Both the position numbers and the translations under genes were made by a program. From an uncultured Chloroflexia bacterium (GTDB lineage Bacteria; Chloroflexota; Limnocylindria; Limnocylindrales; CSP1-4), in NCBI GenBank assembly GCA_963712745.1, contig CAVQJC010000009.1, positions 1 through 14,340 of the forward strand: 14,340 nucleotides of DNA. Reading direction: 5' to 3'. The stretch's first letter is position 1. Each line of letters opens with the position of its first letter. The notes beneath the pieces are model-generated. The model searched no databases. It was not told the DNA's origin and worked only from the letters and a program-made list of their open reading frames with translations. Shown here piece by piece: positions 7,896 through 14,340 of the stretch.

Positions 7896-8016
7896 CAGGG
7901 CTTCGATCTCGCGATGTTCGGACAAAGCGGCGCCTCTCGCCATTGGGACGGCCGGGCGTGTTGCTCATTGCGACCCGAATGCCTCGCCAAGGCGACGGCC
8001 CCACCCTTTGCGTGAC

Positions 8017-9081
8017 TCACGGAGCCGGCGCAATCCCGCTCTCGACGGGGACGAACACGACGTCGACCTCCACGGCCCGTTCCAATCTGCCCGCGATCTG
8101 CTCAGCGAGGAGACCCGGGCTCGGAGGCGAGTCATCGCCGGTCACCGTGACCGAGATGGTCATCGGATCGTGGGAGTGGTCGACATCGACGACCTCGAGC
8201 GTGAGGTCGGGGGCCCAGGCCGCGACACTGTCGGCCGCGACGGCGACCGCATTCGCCTGTTGCAGTCGCTCCAGCGAGTGCACCAGAAGCGGGATGGCGA
8301 CGATGACGACCCCGACGATGACGACGATCCTGGCGTACTTGGCCTGGCGCACGCCCGACTCGTCTCGGAAGGCGGCGAAGCCAGCGCCAGCGAGGACCAG
8401 CCCGGCGGCGAGCACGATGGCCAGGAGATTGGTGGTGAAGAGCAGGAGCGCGCCGAGGGCGAGGTCGATCTGCCCGAGCCCCAGCGTGATGCCGACCGCG
8501 GCCAGCGGCGGGACCAGTGCCACCGCGATGCCGACGCCCGGTAGCGCTCCGCTGGCCTCGGTCCGTACCGCTACGAATCCGCCGGCGGCTCCAGCTGCGA
8601 GCGCGATGCCGAGATCGATGAGGTTGGGGCCCGTCCGCGCCAACAGTTCATCCGGCAGCAGCAGGCCCGTCCTCAGGACCGGTGCAAGGAATGAGATCAG
8701 GACGCCCACGCCGATGGCCGCCAGCGCGCCGGCGGCCACGATGGCGAGGGACTCCAGCGTGCGGCGACCCCAGCCCTGCACGATGGCGGCAGCGATGGCC
8801 AGGATCGGCGTCATCAGGGGCGCCACGAGCATGGCGCCGATGACGACCGCGGCGCTGTCGTTGGCCAGTCCGAATCCGGCGATGGCCGCCGACAGAAGCA
8901 TGAGGACGAAGTACTGCTGCAGATAAGGGATGCGTCGGTCGTCTTCGAAGAAGAATGCTTCGAAGATCTGCGACCGCTCCTCTGGCGTCGCACTGCGTCC
9001 GCGGAAACCCAGTTTGCCCATCGGCGCAAGTCGTTGCCGGGTGACCTCGACCTCCGTTGTGGGCTCACGCTGAGCGCTCAC
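8017..9081 (-). CDS. DUF389 / TIGR00341-like membrane protein
   Basis: LSAAIAGFGLANDSAAVVIGAMLVAPLMTPI, ELLARTGPNLIDLGIALAAGAAG and LPGVGIAVALVPPL are family hallmarks. GTG start at 9081 (or 9084) after ggggag. Confidence 0.9.
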   Translation of the reverse strand: MSAQREPTTEVEVTRQRLAPMGKLGFRGRSATPEERSQIFEAFFFEDDRRIPYLQQYFVLMLLSAAIAGFGLANDSAAVVIGAMLVAPLMTPILAIAAAIVQGWGRRTLESLAIVAAGALAAIGVGVLISFLAPVLRTGLLLPDELLARTGPNLIDLGIALAAGAAGGFVAVRTEASGALPGVGIAVALVPPLAAVGITLGLGQIDLALGALLLFTTNLLAIVLAAGLVLAGAGFAAFRDESGVRQAKYARIVVIVGVVIVAIPLLVHSLERLQQANAVAVAADSVAAWAPDLTLEVVDVDHSHDPMTISVTVTGDDSPPSPGLLAEQIAGRLERAVEVDVVFVPVESGIAPAP

Positions 9082-9311
9082 CACCGTCTCCCCTCTGTGG
9101 CGTCGAAGCGGCCGTCCTCGACTTCGGGCCGGCGGCGGAGCGTGGCTGAGCGACCAGCCGCGAACTCGCTCAGTCCAGCCCTGCCTGGCCCGCCTGCGCC
9201 CAGATCGTTCGGACCGGCGCCGCACCCGGCAGGGAACTGCGAGACCCAGCGCCTCGAGGCGGGTGTGGTCCGGGCCGCTCTTCGTCTTCGTCCGGAAGCG
9301 ACCCGGAACGG

Positions 9312-9546
9312 CTACCCGGCGTCGGCGTCGGCCTCGGTGACCTCCTGCTTCTGGATGCCCAGCTCGTCCTGCGCCTGGGCCAGCTCCTCGTCGGTCATCT
9401 CCTCGGGATCGACCCCGGTGTGCTGCTGGATCTGGTCGGCCTGTTGCTGGGTCATCTTGTATGCGCCGTAGGCGATGCATGCCGCCTGCGAGCACGCGGC
9501 GGCGACGACGTCGACGCATCGCTCTTCTTCGTGGTCCGAGTGGCAT
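9312..9546 (-). CDS. Small hypothetical protein with Arg-rich N-terminus and acidic C-terminus; one apparent +1 frameshift near 9478
   Basis: RBS aggagga precedes ATG 9546. Removing one C joins MPLGPRRRAMRRRRRRRVLAGGM to IAYGAYKMTQQQADQIQQHTGVDPEEMTDEELAQAQDELGIQKQEVTEADADAG*. Confidence 0.7.
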
Positions 9547-9892
9547 GGCCGGATCCTCCTGCTTCTGGTGTTGCGCCCAAGGGCCGGCGTGACGGCCACG
9601 GCCAACCGCACGCTGACCATCACCGGTTCCGACCAGCCACGAGTGATGGCTGATGCAACTGACATGAGTGGACTCCGTGCTGACCGGCGCGTCATCGTCC
9701 AGTTAGGAGGATGCCCATGCAGAGACACGCTACTGGTGACTCCGAACGCCATCGCCAGCGGCCAGCCGACGACGAGAAGGAGTGGTCGCGGGGGTGTCGG
9801 GCTTTCCTCCCTTCCGGACGATGCGCGCAACACGACCGCCTGCTCGAATCGGTGAATCGAACGAAGACGGCGTGTCTCGACTGGACGATGGA

Positions 9893-10697
9893 TCAGGCGC
9901 CGCTCGTGGGCGCGCCCACGGTGTACCGCCAGCTGCGCCACTGGATGGAGGACGAGCTGGGCTTCGCCTTCGGGCCGCGCGAGTCAGCCGCGCTCGATGG
10001 GGCGAGCGACGATGGTGCATCGGTCGCGCTGGAGCGCGATGCCGCGGATGACATGCGGCGCACCCGCAGGAACGGCTGGGCCAACATCAGCACCGTGGCC
10101 AACACATAGAGGCCGACCGCGATCGGCGGCGCGACCAGGGCAACGACGACGGCGATCAGCCAGACCCCATTCGAGATCCTGCGCTGCCGTGTCAGCGATG
10201 CCAGCTTCTCATCGGCGACCTCGCCACCCAGCAGCGATCGTTGGCGTACGAGGTAGGCCATCAGCAGCGTGAGCATCACCGATGCGACGAACACGTTGAG
10301 GCCGTAGACGAGCACCGCCACCCCCGAATCGGGGCCACTGAGATTGCTCACCATCAGGTTGGTCGAGAACGGCAGCAGGGCGATGAACAGCAGGGCCAGG
10401 AGATTGAGTCCGGAAGCGAGGGTGTCGCTACCCTCCATGAGCCTCGTGGTGCGGGCGTGGGTCATCCAGCTGCCACCGATGAAGGCGAAGCTGATGAGAT
10501 AGCCCAGGAACTCGGGCCACTCTTCGAGCAGGCTCTCGAGCAGGTCGGCCCCGGTGGGCACGGGCAGCTCGAGGACGAGCAGGGTGATGGCGATGGCGAA
10601 GACGCCATCGGAAAAGGCGTTGAAACGGTCGAGTGGCAGGTCGCCGGGGATACGCGTGCGGCGATCTCTCGTCGGTCGTCTGGTCAGTCACCGGCAT
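9893..10697 (-). CDS. TMEM175 family (DUF1211) potassium channel; apparent frameshift near 10668; true C-terminus uncertain
   Basis: RFNAFSDGVFAIAITLLVLEL (RxxxFSD signature), YLISFAFIGGSWMTH and LLPFST, with 6 TM segments. RBS aaggag precedes ATG 10697 or GTG 10691. Confidence 0.9.
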
Positions 10698-10712
10698 TCT
10701 CCTTGTCTTGGC

Positions 10713-10745
10713 CAGCTAGCGTGCCACGCGGTGGCACGCTAGCTG
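10713..10745. repeat. Perfect 15-bp inverted repeat overlapping the DUF47 stop codon
   Basis: cagctagcgtgccac-gcg-gtggcacgctagctg. Confidence 0.85.
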
Positions 10746-11360
10746 CCCTTGTGCACGACGCGCTGGATCGATCTCCGAGACATCCTCGGCGGCGTCGATG
10801 GACTCCTCGAGCGAACCGTAGATGTCGCGCCACTTGATGACCTCGAGCGGGTCGCTGCCGCCCTGGAACAATCCCCCGATGGCCGCTCGCGAAAGCCCGT
10901 CGGCTTCGTTCTCGAGGTTGTGGACGCGCCGCACATGCTCGCCCAAGCCCTTCATCGACTCGAACTTGCCGAAGGCCATGTTCAGCTCGACGGCTTGCTC
11001 CTCGAGGATGGCCGCGAGATGTTGGGCCTCTTCGGTCGGTGCCTGGACGTCGAAGATCTGCATCGCCTCGGCCGTCTCCTGGATGCGATCCACCACGTCG
11101 TCCATGCGCCGCGCCAACTCGTGGATGTCCTCGCGATCGATGGGCGTGATGAAGGCATCCTCGAGACGCTCCTCGATCTCATCGCCGATCTCATCGCCGG
11201 CGTGCTCCAGCACCTGGATGCGCTCGATCCGCGCATCGAGGTCGTCGTAGGAATCCATCAGGCCCCGTAGCTCGCGGGCGGCCGCCAACAGGTTCGCCCC
11301 ATCCGCGATGAGCAGGTCGAAGAACCTCACATCGCGGGGCATCAGGCGCAGGGTGACCAT
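10739..11360 (-). CDS. DUF47 / PhoU-like phosphate transport regulator (Pit accessory); apparent frameshift near 10770
   Basis: LEHAGDEI, FITPIDREDI..LA..MDDVVD, LENEAD and EVIKWRDIYGSLEESIDAAEDV. Removing one G gives the canonical end IIQRVVHKGS*. Lies directly downstream of pit. Confidence 0.92.
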
Positions 11361-11376
11361 CGGGTCGGACCTCCGT

Positions 11377-12383
11377 TCAGCTCAGTCCGAGAACGTCCAG
11401 GACCACCCATGCGGCGGCACCCACCAGGGCGGCGGCAGGGATGGTCACGTTCCAGGCGGTCACGATCGTACGTGCGATACCCCAGTTCACCCGTCGGGTG
11501 CCCTTGGTGGTGCCCACGCCGGTGATGGCGCTGGAGATGACATGGGTGGTCGAGACCGGCATGCCCATCGAGGCCGTGGCCACGAGCACGGTCGCGGCCG
11601 TCGTCTCAGCGGCGAAGCCATGGACAGGCTCCAACTCGACGACGCGCTGGCCCATCGTCTTCATGATGCGCCAGCCTCCGGCCGCGGTACCAAGGGACAT
11701 CGCGCTGGCGGCGATGATGATGACCCAGACCGGCACGGTGTCGTCATCGATGAGACCAGCGGCGAACAAGGCCAGCGCGATGATGCCCATCGTCTTCTGG
11801 GCATCGTTCGAACCGTGGGCGAAGGCCATGAACCCGCTGAAAACACCTGCGCCTTGCGGAAGACGCGAGACGCCGGCCGTCTTCGGAGCGCGGAAGAAGA
11901 GCCGGGCCAGCAGCACCATGAAGAGCAGGCCGAGGACGAAGCCGACCAGCGGCGACGAGAACATCGGGACGATGACCTTGTTCGACGATGCCTTCGGTAT
12001 TGAGCGCTCCGAAGCCGGCAGCCACCACGGTCGCGCCGAGCAGGCCTCCGATGAGCGCATGTGAGGACGAGCAGGGGATGCCGAACCACCACGTGAACAG
12101 GTTCCAGGCGATGGCCCCGAGCAACGCGGCGATGACCACGGCTTCGGTCGTCGTATCGACATCGACAAGACCGGCGCCGATGGTCCTGGCTGACAGCCGT
12201 TCCGGCGAAGGCACCGGCGAAGTTCATCGTCGCCGCCATGAGCACGGCCGTCCGCGGCCGCAGCGCTTGCGTGGCCACCGAGGTGGCGATGGCGTTGGCC
12301 TAATCGTGGAAGCCGTTGATGTAGTCGAAGAGGACGGCCAGGACGATGACGAGCAGCAGCGACAGCGTCAGGGCATCGAGCAC
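11377..12383 (-). CDS. pit: Pit family inorganic phosphate transporter; in-frame TAG at 12300-12302 and apparent frameshifts near 12190, 11983, 11875 and 11835
   Basis: FDYINGFHD*ANAIATSVAT, TWWFGIPCSSSHALIGGLLGA, AFAHGSNDAQKTMGII, GWRIMKTMG and GMPVSTTHVISSAITGVG. GTG start at 12383. Confidence 0.92.
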
Positions 12384-12418
12384 CTAGTCCCCTTGGATCC
12401 TCGATGGAGGGCATCGGG

Positions 12419-12454
12419 TCGCCCGCCGGCTCCGTTGACGTCACCGGCGGGCGA
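12419..12454 (-). terminator. Stem-loop between the DUF1269-like gene and pit
   Basis: An 11-bp stem, tcgcccgccgg (12419-12429) with ccggcgggcga (12444-12454). No strong U-tract. Confidence 0.45.
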
Positions 12455-12482
12455 TCTCTCCCAAGAGTGGAGTTCTGTGCGC

Positions 12483-13112
12483 CTAGGCAGACGCCTTGGC
12501 CGCCGCGTCCTTGATGGAGCTGGCCGTGGCGTCGTCGACACCGGCGCTGCGGACGCTGCTGGCATCCGGCATCTTGGCCGTAACGGCCGCGACATCGTTG
12601 GCCACGACGAGCGCGAGGATGCCCGACTGGTTGGGTCGAGGGCACCGGTGAGGGCGTCACCGGCCTCGGACTTGTGCCACTCGTTGCGGAGCTTGCCCAG
12701 CACGCCACCGACGACACCCGCGCCGACCGCGCCGGCGATGAGGGTGGGCGGGAAGAAGATGGCCAGCACGACGCCACCGACGGCGCCCCACTTGACGCCG
12801 GTCTTGGTGCTGTGGTCGGTCATCTTCTGGATCTTGACCTTGCCCGCATCGTCAGTCTTGATGACGAGCACACCCTCGATGCCGAGGCCGCCCGCGACTT
12901 CAGCGTCCTGAAGGTTGTCGTAGGCCACTGGCCGAAGTCTCGTCGTTGAAGGCGGCCACGATGGCGGCGTAGTCGTAGTCGGTCACCACGGCGCCGACGG
13001 CCTGCACGCCGCTGTCGTCACCGACGGCTGCCACCACGGTGGCGCCGGTGTCGTCAGCCTCGGCGGCCACGACGGCGTCGACGTCCTGGGGGGTCTGCTG
13101 ATCGTCTGTCAT
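12483..13112 (-). CDS. DUF1269-like membrane protein (glycine-zipper); apparent frameshifts near 12930 and 12630
   Basis: RBS aaggag. AAFNDETSA..AYDNL, GVLVIKTDDAGKVKI, TKTGVKWGAVGGVVLAIFFPPTLIAGAVGAGVVGGVLGKL, then SGILALV...IKDAAAKASA*. Confidence 0.75.
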
Positions 13113-13189
13113 CTCGTTTCTCCTTGTCGCTGCTGGGGTTCTCCTGGGCCGTGCGCGAGGTCGCGCACGGCCATGGTTGGCTGGGTCGC

Positions 13190-14188
13190 CTAGACCTCTG
13201 CCTCGATCTCTTCGGCGGCGATGACGGCATCGAGGGCCTCGGCCGCCGCGGCCTCCTCGACGATCTCGGCGGCCACGAGCGCGTCGACGGCCTCCTGGGC
13301 AGCCTCGTCCTCGATGACCTTGGCCAGGTACAGGGCACGCAGGGCCTCGATCGCGGCGGCAGCCTTGATCGCGGCTGCCGCAGCGACCGCATCCTCGGCC
13401 TCTTCGACGGCGGACTCCTCGACATCCATGGCCATGCGCACGACGTCGGCAGCCTCCTCCTTGGCGGCCTCCTCGATGAGCTCGGCCGCGAAGAGCGTGT
13501 CGATGACGTCCTCGGCCGCGGCATCCTCGATGGCGATGGCGGTGGCGACCACGTCGGCGGCCTCGAGCATGGCGGCCTCCTCGATGAGGTCGGCCTCCTC
13601 GAGGACCTGGGCGATCTCGATGGCTGCCGCGAGCTTGACCTCCTCGGCGGCCTCGATGGCGGCCTCGGCCTCGAGACGGGCGTCGAGCCCGGCGCCGATG
13701 GTCATGAGCAGGTCCGGTCCGATCATGGCCTGCAGCAGCAGCTCGCCACCGGCCTCGGCGAGGGCCTCACGCAGGTTGGCGGCCCAGTGGTGCTCGATGA
13801 CCATGACCGCGGCAGCACTGCCCGCGGGGATGCTGTCGGCGAGGTCCGCGAGCTGGGCGCTGCTCATGCCGTAGTCCCGGGCGGCCACGCGCAGCTCCCC
13901 GAGGACGGCCCTCTCCTCCATGCCCTCGAGGCCGTCGACCTCGAGGCCGATGAGCCCACCCGCGACCGCGCCGAGGCGCAGGCGCTCGGCCTCCGACAGG
14001 TCGGTCAGGTGCATCGTCGAGCTGATGGAGCCGCCGCTGTCCTTCTGCACGAAGAGCAGGTCGACGAGGCGGATGACGCCGCGCTTGCGGGCCTTCTTGA
14101 GCTCGGCCAGGATCTGGCCGTTGAAATCCGGCTTCTCGAAGCCGATGACGAAGACCTGCACAGGTCCGGTGACGATCTTGTCGGCCAT
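13190..14188 (-). CDS. DUF6325/DUF1269-like protein fused to a long Ala/Glu-rich repeat tail
   Basis: RBS gaaggag precedes ATG 14188. GPVQVFVIGF..F.GQILAEL, GVIRLVDLLFVQKD and LADSIPAGSAAAVMVIEHHWA..LREAL..AGG. The C-terminal ~160 aa are 18-aa repeats. Confidence 0.8.
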   Translation of the reverse strand: MADKIVTGPVQVFVIGFEKPDFNGQILAELKKARKRGVIRLVDLLFVQKDSGGSISSTMHLTDLSEAERLRLGAVAGGLIGLEVDGLEGMEERAVLGELRVAARDYGMSSAQLADLADSIPAGSAAAVMVIEHHWAANLREALAEAGGELLLQAMIGPDLLMTIGAGLDARLEAEAAIEAAEEVKLAAAIEIAQVLEEADLIEEAAMLEAADVVATAIAIEDAAAEDVIDTLFAAELIEEAAKEEAADVVRMAMDVEESAVEEAEDAVAAAAAIKAAAAIEALRALYLAKVIEDEAAQEAVDALVAAEIVEEAAAAEALDAVIAAEEIEAEV

Positions 14189-14340
14189 GGGATGGTTCTC
14201 CTTCACTGGTGTGTGTGGCGCCTTGTTCTCCAAGATCAAGCCCCGTCTCGTGGGACTTCCCTAAGCCCTAGTCGCTAGGCAGCGGCCGGTGTGGCAGACG
14301 CCGATGCGTCAGCTGCCGGCTCCGGCATCTCATGACCCGC

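Noticed and set aside
12300-12302. Pyrrolysine or stop-codon reassignment at the pit TAG
   Set aside because: TAG is the normal stop of several genes here (sulfatase, ABC-TM, DUF47, DUF1269-like, DUF6325-like), and there are no pyl genes in the window.
13124-14278. Long + strand ORFs (also 3294-4127, 3790-4755, 7874-8926, 11988-12911) and the minus ORF 569-1495
   Set aside because: These are antisense shadows of real high-GC genes with no independent motifs.
1-14340. CRISPR array, rRNA or intact transposase/integrase
   Set aside because: No repeat-spacer periodicity, no rRNA-like sequence, and no DDE or complete tyrosine-recombinase catalytic motifs were seen.

Overview
High-GC bacterial window (Chloroflexota- or Actinomycetota-like; inferred, not tested) made mostly of accessory membrane and ion-transport genes around a decayed tRNA-linked integration hotspot at about 7.0-7.7 kb. 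The left part holds a small LuxR-type HTH gene and an SdsA1/YjcS-type alkyl sulfatase (+), converging on a minus-strand run of a double-META protein, a SulP/STAS transporter, a conserved membrane protein and a stand-alone ABC six-TM domain. The centre holds a promoter-driven 5' half of tRNA-Val(GAC) broken just after the anticodon loop, arm-site-like repeats, a tyrosine-integrase N-terminal remnant, a degenerate tRNA-Thr-like 3' half and a truncated second copy of the pit 5' end. The right part (minus strand) holds a DUF6325-like protein with an 18-aa repeat tail, DUF1269-like, Pit plus DUF47, a TMEM175 K+ channel, a small Arg-rich/acidic protein and DUF389. The most notable signal is that the promoter of the tRNA-Val half recurs at the left edge of the window, together with a shared TGGTTCAGCC motif. 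This predicts an integrase-less ~7.1 kb island that duplicates the tRNA 5' half and its promoter, with a tRNA-Val just outside the window. Many genes carry single-base frameshifts that look like long-read errors.
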